Source: Actinomycetota bacterium
Lineage (GTDB): Bacteria > Actinomycetota > UBA4738 > HRBIN12
Assembly (NCBI GenBank): GCA_036554665.1
Contig: DATBMU010000157.1
Coordinates: 1 to 34,256 of the forward strand
Direction: 5' to 3'
DNA: 34,256 bases
This document shows positions 1 through 9,601 of the stretch, in pieces; within the stretch, counting starts at the first letter, position 1; every line of letters starts with the position of its first letter. The notes below the pieces were generated by a model, which saw nothing but the letters and a program-made list of their open reading frames with translations, was not told the origin of the DNA and did not search any database. The position numbers were made by a program, and so were the translations under genes.

Positions 1-906
1 GTCCCCCGGGTACGCCTCGCGGCCCGGCGGGCGGCGCAGCAGCAGCGAGATCGCGCGGTAGGCCTCAGCCTGCTTGGACAGGTCGTCGAAGACGATCAGG
101 ACGTGCTTTCCGGCGTACATCCAGTGCTGGCCGATCGCCGAGCCGGCGTACGGGGCCAGGTACTTGAACCCGGCCGGGTCCGACGCCGGGGACGCGACGA
201 TCGTCGTGTACTCCATCGCGCCCTGGGCTTCGAGGGTGCCCTTGACCGCGGCGATGGTGGACGCCTTCTGCCCGACGGCGACGTAGATGCACCGGACCTG
301 CTTCTTGGGGTCGCCGCTCGCCCAGTTGTCGCGCTGCGCGATGATCGCGTCGATCGCGATCGCGGTCTTGCCGGTCTGCCGGTCGCCGATGATGAGCTCG
401 CGCTGGCCGCGCCCGATCGGCGTCATCGCGTCGATCGCCGTGATCCCGGTCTGCAGGGGCTCCTTCACCGGCTGGCGGTCGACCACGTTGGCCGCCTGGA
501 CCTCCAGGTTGCGGCGGGCCTGCTCGGCGATCGGTCCCTTGCCGTCGATCGGGGTGCCGAGCGGGTCGATCACGCGCCCGAGGAACCCGTCGCCGACGGG
601 CACCGAGAGGATCTTGCCGGTCTGCTTGACGAGCGCGCCCTCCTCGATGTGCTCGGACTCGCCGAGGATGATGCAGCCGATCTCGTCCTCGTCGAGGTTG
701 AACGCGAGGCCCAGCACTCCGCCAGGGAACTCGAGCAGCTCGTTCGCCATCGCGTTCGGCAAGCCCTTCACGCGGGCGATCCCGTCGCCGGCCAGGACGA
801 CGCGCCCGACCTCCTCGCGCTCGACCGAGGGCGTCCAGCTCTCGACGTTGCGCCGCAGCGCTTCGGTGATGTCCTTCGGGTCGAAGCTCAGTTCGTCCAG
901 TGCCAT
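1..906 (-). CDS. atpA: F1 ATP synthase alpha subunit; N-terminal 302 codons, 3' end lies beyond the window
   Basis: The minus-strand frame from ATG (904-906) stays open to position 1. It is absent from the ORF track because it has no stop inside the window. My translation reads [12 protein letters not shown]...[17 protein letters not shown] (Walker A)...[15 protein letters not shown], typical of F1 alpha. It follows atpH in canonical operon order. Confidence 0.95.
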   Translation of the reverse strand, partial: MALDELSFDPKDITEALRRNVESWTPSVEREEVGRVVLAGDGIARVKGLPNAMANELLEFPGGVLGLAFNLDEDEIGCIILGESEHIEEGALVKQTGKILSVPVGDGFLGRVIDPLGTPIDGKGPIAEQARRNLEVQAANVVDRQPVKEPLQTGITAIDAMTPIGRGQRELIIGDRQTGKTAIAIDAIIAQRDNWASGDPKKQVRCIYVAVGQKASTIAAVKGTLEAQGAMEYTTIVASPASDPAGFKYLAPYAGSAIGQHWMYAGKHVLIVFDDLSKQAEAYRAISLLLRRPPGREAYPGD

Positions 907-925
907 CGGCTCGCTCGCTCCCCGC

Positions 926-1465
926 TCAGGCGCCCAGCTGCTGTCGCGCCTCGTCCAGACGGCTCGCCACCGAGCCGTCGAAGATCTCGTCGCCGATCCG
1001 CGCGACCACGCCGCCGATCACGCTCGGGTCCACGACGACCCGGATCTCGACCTGGCGCCCGGTGGCCCGCGACAGGGCCTCGGCCAGCCGCGTGCGCTGC
1101 GCCTCGTCCAGCGGCACGGCGCTGCGGACCTCGGCCAGCGCGCGCGAGCGCCGCTCGGCGGCGACGCCGGCCAGGCGCTCCACGATCGTGTCGATGTCGC
1201 GCGCGTGACCCTGGTCGACGAGGAAGCCCAGGAGGTTCACGGCGATCGGGTTCGCCCGCTCGCCGAGCGCGTCCCGGATCAACCCACGCTTGTTCTCGGC
1301 CGGCAGCGCGGGGTCGTGCAGGGCCTCGCGGACCCGGCCCTCGCGCTCGAGCAGCTTCGCGAACGCGTAGAGCTGCGACTCCACGGCCTCGAGCTCGCCC
1401 TCGGCCTCCGCGACCAGGAACATCGCCTCCGCGTAGCCGTCGACGAGCGCCGCGCGATCGGTCAC
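926..1465 (-). CDS. atpH: F-type ATP synthase delta (OSCP) subunit
   Basis: 179 aa with a GTG start. It sits between atpF and atpA, 1 nt after the atpF stop. The C-terminal [16 protein letters not shown] is a delta/OSCP-like motif. Confidence 0.85.
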   Translation of the reverse strand: MTDRAALVDGYAEAMFLVAEAEGELEAVESQLYAFAKLLEREGRVREALHDPALPAENKRGLIRDALGERANPIAVNLLGFLVDQGHARDIDTIVERLAGVAAERRSRALAEVRSAVPLDEAQRTRLAEALSRATGRQVEIRVVVDPSVIGGVVARIGDEIFDGSVASRLDEARQQLGA

Positions 1466-1466
1466 G

Positions 1467-2021
1467 TCAGTTCCGCCCGTCCCCCGCGACCTGGTCGATG
1501 TAGTCGTCGATCAGGCGCTCGTGGGTCTCCGCGTCCAGGCTCTTGCCCACGACGCGCCCGGCAAGCTCGACGGCGATCTGCCCGACCTGAGCCCGGAGCT
1601 CCTGGAAGACGCGGTCGCGCTCGGCGCGGATCTCCTCCTGCGCGCGCGCGACGGTGGCCTGGGCCTCCTCCTCCGCGCGCGTCTGCAGGTCCTTCCGGAG
1701 CTGGTCCGCGGTCCGGCGGGCCTCCTCGATGATGCGGTTGGACTCCTCCCGGGCGCCGGCGAGCTGCTGCCGGTACTCGGCCAGCTCCTGCTCGGCGGAG
1801 CGCCGGGACTCCTCGGCCTTCTCGAGGTCGCCCTGGATCTTCTCGGTGCGCGCGGTGAGCATCTTGCCCAGCTGCGGGAACGCGAACTTCGCGATCACCG
1901 CGAACACGATCAGGAAGACGATGCCGCCCACGATCAGCTCGACCCACTCGGGCAGGATCGGGTTCGGCGCTTCCTCCGCGTGCTCCACGGTCTCTTGAGC
2001 CAGCACCAGAAGATGGATCAC
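1467..2021 (-). CDS. atpF: F-type ATP synthase subunit b
   Basis: 184 aa with one N-terminal TM helix followed by a long charged coiled coil (AEQELAEYRQQLAGAREE...). GTG start with an AAGGAG SD 6 nt upstream. Position lies between atpE and atpH. Confidence 0.88.
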   Translation of the reverse strand: MIHLLVLAQETVEHAEEAPNPILPEWVELIVGGIVFLIVFAVIAKFAFPQLGKMLTARTEKIQGDLEKAEESRRSAEQELAEYRQQLAGAREESNRIIEEARRTADQLRKDLQTRAEEEAQATVARAQEEIRAERDRVFQELRAQVGQIAVELAGRVVGKSLDAETHERLIDDYIDQVAGDGRN

Positions 2022-2031
2022 GTCCGCTCCT

Positions 2032-3088
<1,057 letters not shown>

Positions 3089-3538
3089 CTAGGACTCCCT
3101 CGCGGCGAGCTGCTCCGCCGCCGCGGCCGCGGCCGGATCGGCCGGGATCTGGAGCGCCGCGCCCATCCCTCCGAGCGCGAGCTTCGCCTCGTAGGCGAGG
3201 AGCGCGAGCGTCCCCGGGATCACGGCGAGCCCGAACGCGAGCGGCGAGAACCAGGCGGTCTGATCCAGCAGGAACAGGAGCCCGAGGATCACGCCGAGCC
3301 GCACGACGACGCCGCCGAGCGCAACCCCGTGCACCGCCGAGATGGAGACCGTGGACGCCCAGGCGAGCGACAGCCCGTGGACCGCGAAGTTCGCGAGCAC
3401 GACCGCCGCGCCGAGGCCGGCGGACAGCGCCGCCTCCGCGCCGCCGATCGCGTAGCCGAGGCCGAACGCCACGACGACGCCGACGGCCCCGGGGAGCAGG
3501 GCTCTGCGGACCATCTCGCGCTCAGGCCTCGTGGTCAT
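3089..3538 (-). CDS. atpI: ATP synthase protein I-like small membrane protein
   Basis: 149 aa, very hydrophobic with about 4 TM segments, immediately upstream of atpB in the position of atpI. The call rests on position and topology, not on a strong motif. Confidence 0.6.
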   Translation of the reverse strand: MTTRPEREMVRRALLPGAVGVVVAFGLGYAIGGAEAALSAGLGAAVVLANFAVHGLSLAWASTVSISAVHGVALGGVVVRLGVILGLLFLLDQTAWFSPLAFGLAVIPGTLALLAYEAKLALGGMGAALQIPADPAAAAAAEQLAARES

Positions 3539-3740
3539 CCCTCCCGTACCGCAGGTACACCAGGTAGATCGAGGCCGACACGCCGACCACCATGCCGATC
3601 GGCAGGAAGAGCCACCGCCACCCGACCAGCCGGTCGATGAGGTATCCGACCCCGCCCCAGACGAGGATGCCCGCGATGAGCGTTCCGGTCAGGGCCCAGG
3701 CCGTGCCCATCCCGCTCCACGCATCCCCGCGACCGGCCAT
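3522..3740 (-). CDS. AtpZ/AtpI-family small membrane protein (ATPase_gene1-like)
   Basis: 72 aa with two TM helices (WALTGTLIAGILVWGGVGYLIDR...LFLPIGMVVGVSASIY), typical of the small AtpZ protein that opens actinobacterial and firmicute atp operons. It overlaps atpI by 17 nt. A candidate promoter lies 10 nt upstream. Confidence 0.65.
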   Translation of the reverse strand: MAGRGDAWSGMGTAWALTGTLIAGILVWGGVGYLIDRLVGWRWLFLPIGMVVGVSASIYLVYLRYGRDDHEA

Positions 3741-3750
3741 GGGACGCGGC

Positions 3751-3780
3751 AGTATATCCGCGCCCGCTTCCGGCCGTCAA
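3751..3780 (-). promoter_or_regulatory. Candidate sigma-A type promoter of the atp operon (TTGACG-18 nt-TATACT)
   Basis: The minus strand reads TTGACG (3780-3775), an 18-nt spacer, then TATACT (3756-3751). The atpZ ATG (3740) starts 10 nt after the -10 box, implying a leaderless or very short-leader transcript. Confidence 0.5.
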
Positions 3781-3816
3781 ACGCGTTTCCGCAGGTAGAT
3801 GGCCAGATTCGGGCCG

Positions 3817-3837
3817 CTTGTGAACGGTTTCACGAAG
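3817..3837. repeat. Inverted repeat / hairpin between the potC stop and the atp promoter
   Basis: CTTGTGAA-CGGT-TTCAC(G)AAG gives an 8-bp stem with one bulge and a 4-nt loop, and is unusually AT-rich for this sequence. There is no U tract. It could be a pot terminator or an operator for atp. Confidence 0.3.
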
Positions 3838-3869
3838 TCGTCCGGCCGCTTCGGGGGGGTGCGGGCCGC

Positions 3870-4721
3870 TCAGGTGCGACGGCGCTGGACCAGCACGTTG
3901 ACCGCCGCCGCGAGGATCCCCGCCGTGAACAGGATCGTGCCCATCACGTTCACCTGGGGAGGGATCCCGAGCCGCTGCGCGCCGTAGACCCACACCGGGA
4001 ACGTGTTCGTCTGGCCGGCGGTGAAGTTCGTGATCACGAAGTCGTCCAGCGACAGCACGAACGCGAGCAGGAACCCCGCCAGGATCGCCGGCGCGATCAG
4101 CGGGAGCGTGACCTTGAAGAACCCGGTGACCGGGGTCGCGAACAGGTCCTGCGCCGCCTCCTCGAGCGATCGGTCCAGGCCCTGGACGCGCGCCCGGACC
4201 GTCACGGCGACGAACGCGATCGAGAACCCGATGTGCGAGAGAAGGATCGTGGTGAAGCCGAGCGGCGCGTTCGCGAGCACGTACATCGACAGCAGCGAGG
4301 ACCCGAGCACGATCTCGGGCACCGCGATCGCCAGGAAGATCACGAAGTCGGTCAACCGGAGCCCCCGGAACCGGTAGCGCCCCAGCGCGAGGCCGAGCAG
4401 CGTCCCGAGCGCCGTCGCGACGGCCGCGGAGATCGGCGCGATCAGCAGGGAGTTCTTGAAGGCCTCGGGGAGGCCGGCGATGCCGAACGCGTTCTGCCAC
4501 CAGGCCGTGGTGAAGCCCCAGAACCGGGGCGTCTGGGCGGGGCGCACCCCGGGGATGTCGTTGAAGCTGTACAGGATCATCACGAAGATCGGGCTCGCGA
4601 GGTACAGGATCATCACGATCGTGTACGTGGGCAGGATGAACCGCGTCCACCGGCGGCGTGGCGGGTTGGCCGGAGGGAGATCGCGTGCGACGGGCCGCGC
4701 CTGTGTCGCGACCGCGCTCAT
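3870..4721 (-). CDS. potC: ABC transporter permease, spermidine/putrescine type (PotC-like)
   Basis: I chose the internal ATG at 4721 (MSAVATQ...), giving 283 aa. It forms an ATGA overlap with the potB-like stop. The longer 379-aa track ORF would overlap the upstream gene. There are six TM segments and an EAAQDLFATP EAA loop. Confidence 0.8.
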   Translation of the reverse strand: MSAVATQARPVARDLPPANPPRRRWTRFILPTYTIVMILYLASPIFVMILYSFNDIPGVRPAQTPRFWGFTTAWWQNAFGIAGLPEAFKNSLLIAPISAAVATALGTLLGLALGRYRFRGLRLTDFVIFLAIAVPEIVLGSSLLSMYVLANAPLGFTTILLSHIGFSIAFVAVTVRARVQGLDRSLEEAAQDLFATPVTGFFKVTLPLIAPAILAGFLLAFVLSLDDFVITNFTAGQTNTFPVWVYGAQRLGIPPQVNVMGTILFTAGILAAAVNVLVQRRRT

Positions 4722-5647
4722 GTCGCCGCCGCCGCCCGGGTCGCTTCCTCGGTTCCGAGGATCCTCGCGTAGATCGTCGCCAGGATGACCATCGCGACCA
4801 TCAGGACCACCGAGAGCGCCGCGGCCTCCGGATAGTCGGCTTCCGTGAGGAACTTCGTCTGGATGATGTTGCCGATCATCGTCGTGCCCGGTCCGCCGAG
4901 CAGTGACGCGTTGACGTAGTCGCCGGTCGCCGGCACGAACGTGAGCAGGAACGCCGCGAACACGCCGGGCAGGGACAGCGGCCAGACCACCTCGCGGAAC
5001 GCCTGCCACCGGGTGGAGTAGAGGTCCTTGGCGGCCTCGACGAGGCGCTTGTCGATCCGTTCGAGCGACACGTAGAGCGGCAGGGCGGTGAACGGCAGGA
5101 AGTTGTACGTGATCCCGGCGATCACCGCGAGCGGCGTCGCGAGCACGCGGAAGTCCTCGGGCAGCAGGCCGATGCTCTTGAACAGCCCGAGGACGGGTCC
5201 GTTGTCACCGAGGATGAACTTCCACTGCACGGTCCGGATCACGAACGAGACGAAGAACGGCAGGAGGATCAGCAGCAGGAGCGAGGACTTCCATCGCCCG
5301 CCGTAGAACGCGATCCAGTAGGTCATCGGGTAGGCGAGCAGGAGCGCGACGAACGTCACGATGATCGAGTACACGATCGACCGGAGGAACTGGGTCTGGT
5401 ACCCCGTGAGGACGTCGACGTAGTTCTGGAACTCCCACGTGAAGCTCAACCCGCCCGAGAGCAGGCCGCCGCTCTGCAGCGACGTGTAGATCATCAGGCC
5501 GAGCGGCAGCAGGAAGAAGATCGCGAGGTAGAGCGCCGCCGGCCCGAGCAGACCGTACGGGACGAGCCGGCGCCGCGTGCCGAGCGACCGGCGATCGTCG
5601 GAGTCGCCCGACCCCGCCTCCTCGATGACCGCGCCCGGCTCCCCCAC
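4718..5647 (-). CDS. potB: ABC transporter permease, spermidine/putrescine type (PotB-like)
   Basis: 309-aa polytopic protein with an EAAKDLYSTRWQAF EAA-loop motif, adjacent to the PotC-like and PotD-like genes. Confidence 0.8.
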   Translation of the reverse strand: MGEPGAVIEEAGSGDSDDRRSLGTRRRLVPYGLLGPAALYLAIFFLLPLGLMIYTSLQSGGLLSGGLSFTWEFQNYVDVLTGYQTQFLRSIVYSIIVTFVALLLAYPMTYWIAFYGGRWKSSLLLLILLPFFVSFVIRTVQWKFILGDNGPVLGLFKSIGLLPEDFRVLATPLAVIAGITYNFLPFTALPLYVSLERIDKRLVEAAKDLYSTRWQAFREVVWPLSLPGVFAAFLLTFVPATGDYVNASLLGGPGTTMIGNIIQTKFLTEADYPEAAALSVVLMVAMVILATIYARILGTEEATRAAAAT

Positions 5648-5662
5648 CCGCGTCGCCCTCGG

Positions 5663-6979
5663 TCAGCCCTGCGAGATCGGCAGGAAGATCGAGTCCCACT
5701 CCTCGACCTCCTCGTCCGTGGTCAGCGGGCGACCGAAGGAAGTGCGGGAGAGGAACGCCTCGTCGGGATACAGGTACGGGCTCTCCGCGGAGGCGCGGAG
5801 CTTGTTCGCGAGACCCTTGTCCCCGTCCTCCTCGGCCTGGTCCGCGTCGCGGAGCATCAGCTCCTGGGTCGCCGGGACGGGCGACATGTACTGCACCCAC
5901 TCGGCCACCATCGTCGCGGCCTCGGGGTCGTAGTAGTAGTCCATCACGGCCATCGCGCCGACCGGGTTCTGCGCCCCGGCCGGGATCAGCATGCTGTCGA
6001 CCCAGAGCAGCGCCCCGTCCTCAGGGAAGACGAACTGGTTCTCGAAGCCGAGCCAGATCGACCCGTAGATCACGTCGCCGGACCACCCCATCGCCGCGGA
6101 GAGGTTCCCGGCCCGCAGCTCATCCAGGTACTCGTTGCCGTAGTACCCGCGGACCACGCCGGCGTCCTTCTGCATCTGGAGCCAGGCCGCCGCCTCGCGC
6201 CACTCGTCCGGTCCGGACGTGGTCGGGTCGATCCCGAGGTTGATCATCACGAAGTCCGGCATGTCGTACGTCAGCATCCCGACCGAGCTCTGGCCGACCT
6301 TGGCCGGATCGGCCAGGTCCTGGAGCGTCGCGATCTCGCCGTTGACCATGCTCGGGTTGTAGCCGATGCCCGTGATGCCGGACTGCCACGCCATCCCGTT
6401 CGTGTTCTGGGGATCGAAGAACGGGTCCCGCGCCCAGGGCGCGGCGTTCGCGTCGAAGTTCGGCCGCCTCGACGGGTCGAGCGGGTACACCCAGTCGTTC
6501 GCGACCAGCGCGGTCAGGATGCGACCGTTCGTGATCACGATGATGTCCCAGCCGGGATCGTCCCCGGCCTCGAACAGCGGGCGGAGCCGCCCGAAGAACT
6601 CCTCGTTGCTGTTGATGACGTCCTGGTAGTTGACGCTGATGCCGGACTGCTCCTCGAACCGCGCGAGCGACGGGTTGTAGACGTCGCCGTTCTCGTCCTT
6701 GGCCTGGTCGAGGTAGAAGGGCCAGTTCGCGAAGTTCACCGTCGAGCCGGGCTCGCCCGCGTAGATCTCCGCGATGTCGAACGCGCCGTCGCCCCCCGTG
6801 CCGCCCCCTCCGCCGGTGCCGCCCCCGTCGCCGCCGCCGCACGCCGCGAGGAACGAAGCGAGGCTGAACCCGGCCACACCGATCCCGGCGCCCTTCAGGA
6901 CGCTCCGCCGGGTCAGGCGTCGGCGCATCAGCTCGTTCATCCGCAGATCGTCGATCCGCCGATCGTCCCGCTGGCTCAT
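5663..6979 (-). CDS. potD: Polyamine-type ABC substrate-binding lipoprotein (PotD/PotF-like) with a Tat-like signal
   Basis: I chose the ATG at 6979 (MSQRDDRR...), giving 438 aa. It forms an ATGA overlap with the potA stop. RRRLTRRSVLKGAGIGVAGFSLASFLAAC is a twin-arginine signal plus lipobox Cys, followed by a poly-Gly linker. The NFANWPFYLD motif is typical of PotD/PotF-family binding proteins. The 772-aa track ORF is an artefactual N-terminal extension through potA. Confidence 0.75.
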   Translation of the reverse strand: MSQRDDRRIDDLRMNELMRRRLTRRSVLKGAGIGVAGFSLASFLAACGGGDGGGTGGGGGTGGDGAFDIAEIYAGEPGSTVNFANWPFYLDQAKDENGDVYNPSLARFEEQSGISVNYQDVINSNEEFFGRLRPLFEAGDDPGWDIIVITNGRILTALVANDWVYPLDPSRRPNFDANAAPWARDPFFDPQNTNGMAWQSGITGIGYNPSMVNGEIATLQDLADPAKVGQSSVGMLTYDMPDFVMINLGIDPTTSGPDEWREAAAWLQMQKDAGVVRGYYGNEYLDELRAGNLSAAMGWSGDVIYGSIWLGFENQFVFPEDGALLWVDSMLIPAGAQNPVGAMAVMDYYYDPEAATMVAEWVQYMSPVPATQELMLRDADQAEEDGDKGLANKLRASAESPYLYPDEAFLSRTSFGRPLTTDEEVEEWDSIFLPISQG

Positions 6980-8103
6980 TCCTCTTCCTCCTCCATGGAG
7001 AGGCCCTCCTGGGGCAGCACCACGAACGTGTGCTCGGGCTGCCACGAGAGGCGGACGCGTTCGCCGGGCCGCGGGGCGGCCTCGGCGCCGAGGTTCTGGA
7101 CCCAGACCGTGAGCTCGTGCCCGCCGGGGCCCTCGACCTTGTACTGGTGGCTCACGCCGATGTAGGTGGACATCCGGAGCAGCCCGGTGATGGAGTTCCA
7201 GCCGGCACGGACGGGCGAGCCATCGTCGGCCGCGATCGTGATCTTCTCGGGCCGGACGCCCACCTTGACCGCCGCACCGGCCTGGAACGGAGCCCGGTCG
7301 GTCGGCAGGTGAACGAGGTCGCCGCCCGCGAGGAGGACGGTCGAGGTGCCGTTGGACCGCTCCTTCAGCTCGCCGTCGAGGAGGTTGGACGCGCCGAGGA
7401 ACCCGGCGACGAACTGCGTCTGAGGGCTCTCGTACACCTCCTCGGGCGGTCCGATCTGCTCGATCTTCCCCAGCCGCATGACCGCGAGGCGATCGGACAT
7501 CGTCATCGCCTCTTCCTGGTCGTGCGTCACGTAGATGAAGGTGATCCCGACCTCCTGCTGGATCCGCTTCAGCTCCAGCTGCATCTGCTTGCGCAGCTTG
7601 AGGTCGAGCGCGCCGAGCGGCTCGTCGAGCAGGAGGACCTTCGGGTGGTTCACGAGCGCTCGCGCGAGCGCCACGCGCTGCTGCTGGCCGCCGGACATCT
7701 GCGCCGGACGCCGCTTCTCGAACCCCGTGAGGTCGACGAGGCGAAGCGCCTCGTCCACGCGCGACTGGATCTGCTCGCCCGCCACCTTCCGGCGGCGGAG
7801 CCCGAACGCCACGTTGTCGAACACGTTCAGGTGCGGGAACAGGGCGTAGGACTGGAAGACCGTGTTCACGTCGCGCTTGTAGGGCGGGAGGTCGGTGACG
7901 TCTCGTCCCCCCAGGAAGATCGTCCCGCGGGAGGGCTCCTCGAACCCTCCGATCATTCGGAGCGTGGTCGTCTTGCCGCACCCGGAGGGGCCGAGCATGC
8001 TGAAGAACTCGCCCTCCGCGATGTCCAGCGACAGATCGTCGACGGCGACCATCTCGCCGAATTCCTTGGTCACACGTTCGAGCCGAACGTCGACCTCCGC
8101 CAC
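6976..8103 (-). CDS. potA: ABC transporter ATP-binding protein, spermidine/putrescine import type
   Basis: 375 aa with Walker A GPSGCGKTT, signature MSGGQQQRVALARAL and Walker B LLLDEP, plus a C-terminal TOBE/MalK-like regulatory domain. GTG start with a GAAGGGGG SD. Confidence 0.9.
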   Translation of the reverse strand: MAEVDVRLERVTKEFGEMVAVDDLSLDIAEGEFFSMLGPSGCGKTTTLRMIGGFEEPSRGTIFLGGRDVTDLPPYKRDVNTVFQSYALFPHLNVFDNVAFGLRRRKVAGEQIQSRVDEALRLVDLTGFEKRRPAQMSGGQQQRVALARALVNHPKVLLLDEPLGALDLKLRKQMQLELKRIQQEVGITFIYVTHDQEEAMTMSDRLAVMRLGKIEQIGPPEEVYESPQTQFVAGFLGASNLLDGELKERSNGTSTVLLAGGDLVHLPTDRAPFQAGAAVKVGVRPEKITIAADDGSPVRAGWNSITGLLRMSTYIGVSHQYKVEGPGGHELTVWVQNLGAEAAPRPGERVRLSWQPEHTFVVLPQEGLSMEEEEE

Positions 8104-8295
8104 GTCGCCCCCTTCGCTGCCGACGTACCCCCGGCCGATCCCGGCTCAGGCGCCCGGATTATGCCCCACCGACCTGGGATTATCACCCGCCCCGCGAGCG
8201 CGCCCGACCCGGCCCGCCCGACATCTTCCTTCACCCGGCTTGTACGGGCTGGACAAGGCGCGCGGATGCGTCGCGCTCACGCGCGAGGGGTGTCG

Positions 8296-9558
8296 TCAGG
8301 GCGCATCGCCGGCGCGCGCGGGTGCCTCGCCCGCATCCGCGTCGGCGTCGTCCGCGCGAGGTGCCGGCGGTCCGGGACGCCGTTCGGGGACGACCGCCCG
8401 CGGCGGGCGCCGCCGCCGATGCCGGGCGCGGCCGCCGTTGACGGCAACGGGGGCCGGGCGATCGCTCCCGCGCGGCGTGCGATCGCGGATCAGCCTCGGC
8501 AGGACGATCGCCACGACCAGCGCGACCAGGACGATCCCGGCCGGCAGCAGCTGTCCGTCGATGAACGCGACGGCCAGCGCACAGCCTGAGATCAGGGCGG
8601 ACCACGCGTACATGAGCAGCACGGCCTGGCGATGCGAGTGGCCGATGTCCATGAGGCGGTGGTGGATGTGCTCCTTGTCGGCGTGGGAGATCCCGATCCC
8701 CCGGCGCATCCGCCGGACGATCGCGAGGAGGACGTCGAGGAACGGGACGGCGAGCACGAGCAGCGGCAGCAACACGGGGATCGCGATCACGGCCAGATCG
8801 CCCGGCCTGGGGCCCTCGAGCTCGCGCCCGACCCCCGAGATCGTGGCGACCGCCAACACCAACCCGAGCAGCAGGGACCCCGAGTCGCCCATGAAGATCC
8901 GCGCCGGGTGGAAGTTCCAGGGCAGGAACCCGATCGCCGCCGCGCCGGCGATCGCGGACAGGACGGCCGTGGTCGACGCCTGGACCTGCTCGCCCGCGTC
9001 CGGCCAGACCATGTACGTGAAGAACGCGGCCGCCGCGATGGCCACGATCCCGGCCGCCAGACCGTCCAGGCCGTCGATCAGGTTCACCGCGTTCATGATC
9101 GCGACGATCCACAGGACCGTGAGGGGAACCGCGAGATCCGAGGACAGCGAGAGGACCCCCTGGCCCGGGAAGTAGAAGTACAGGAGCTGCACGCCGAGCA
9201 GCACGACGACGCCGGCGACGAGCACCTGGCCGGTCAGCTTGCCGAGCGCGGAGACGCCCCGCGTGTCGTCGACGACGCCGATCACGACCGCGAGCGTGCC
9301 GGCGATCGCCACGGCGTCCAGATCCGAGCTCGTCTCGTACAGCCCCTGCAGGAACGGGACGAACCGGACGACGACCAGCCCGGCGAGGACGCCGAGGTAG
9401 ATCGCGAGCCCTCCTGCCGTCGGCGTCGGCACCGGGTGGACCTTGCGGTCCGACGGGCGGTCGATCCACCCCAGGCGCAGCGACAGCCGTCGAACGACCG
9501 GCGTGGCCGCGAAGGTCACGCCGGCCGACACCACGGCGATGAGGAGGTACGCGCGCAC
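8296..9558 (-). CDS. wecA: Undecaprenyl-phosphate GlcNAc-1-phosphate transferase (glycosyltransferase family 4, WecA/Rfe-like)
   Basis: 420-aa polytopic protein. Its N-terminus RLGWIDRPSDRKVH, plus NAVNLIDGLDGLA and FMGDSGS motifs, are typical of the MraY/WecA family. Its position upstream of atp matches rfe (Rv1302) in mycobacteria. It carries a 66-aa Arg/Pro/Ala-rich C-terminal tail. Confidence 0.85.
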   Translation of the reverse strand: MRAYLLIAVVSAGVTFAATPVVRRLSLRLGWIDRPSDRKVHPVPTPTAGGLAIYLGVLAGLVVVRFVPFLQGLYETSSDLDAVAIAGTLAVVIGVVDDTRGVSALGKLTGQVLVAGVVVLLGVQLLYFYFPGQGVLSLSSDLAVPLTVLWIVAIMNAVNLIDGLDGLAAGIVAIAAAAFFTYMVWPDAGEQVQASTTAVLSAIAGAAAIGFLPWNFHPARIFMGDSGSLLLGLVLAVATISGVGRELEGPRPGDLAVIAIPVLLPLLVLAVPFLDVLLAIVRRMRRGIGISHADKEHIHHRLMDIGHSHRQAVLLMYAWSALISGCALAVAFIDGQLLPAGIVLVALVVAIVLPRLIRDRTPRGSDRPAPVAVNGGRARHRRRRPPRAVVPERRPGPPAPRADDADADAGEAPARAGDAP

Positions 9559-9601
9559 GCCTTCGGCCGATGCTACCGCCTCCTGGGCGGCGGGAGGGCC
9601 T

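Noticed and set aside
6781-6840. C-rich (coding-strand G-rich) run, GGGGGC/GGCGG repeats, as a possible G-quadruplex or simple-sequence repeat.
   Set aside because: It is fully explained as GGN glycine codons encoding the GGGDGGGTGGGGGTGGDG tether that follows the lipobox Cys of the PotD-like lipoprotein. Only three long G tracts are present, so a canonical four-tract quadruplex is not evident.
8104-8295. Possible guanidine (ykkC / mini-ykkC / ykkC-III) or other known riboswitch upstream of the ABC transporter.
   Set aside because: I could not find the conserved ACGR tetraloop hairpin pairs or the ykkC-III core sequence, nor any other riboswitch consensus I recognise. It is kept only as an uncharacterised leader in the findings.
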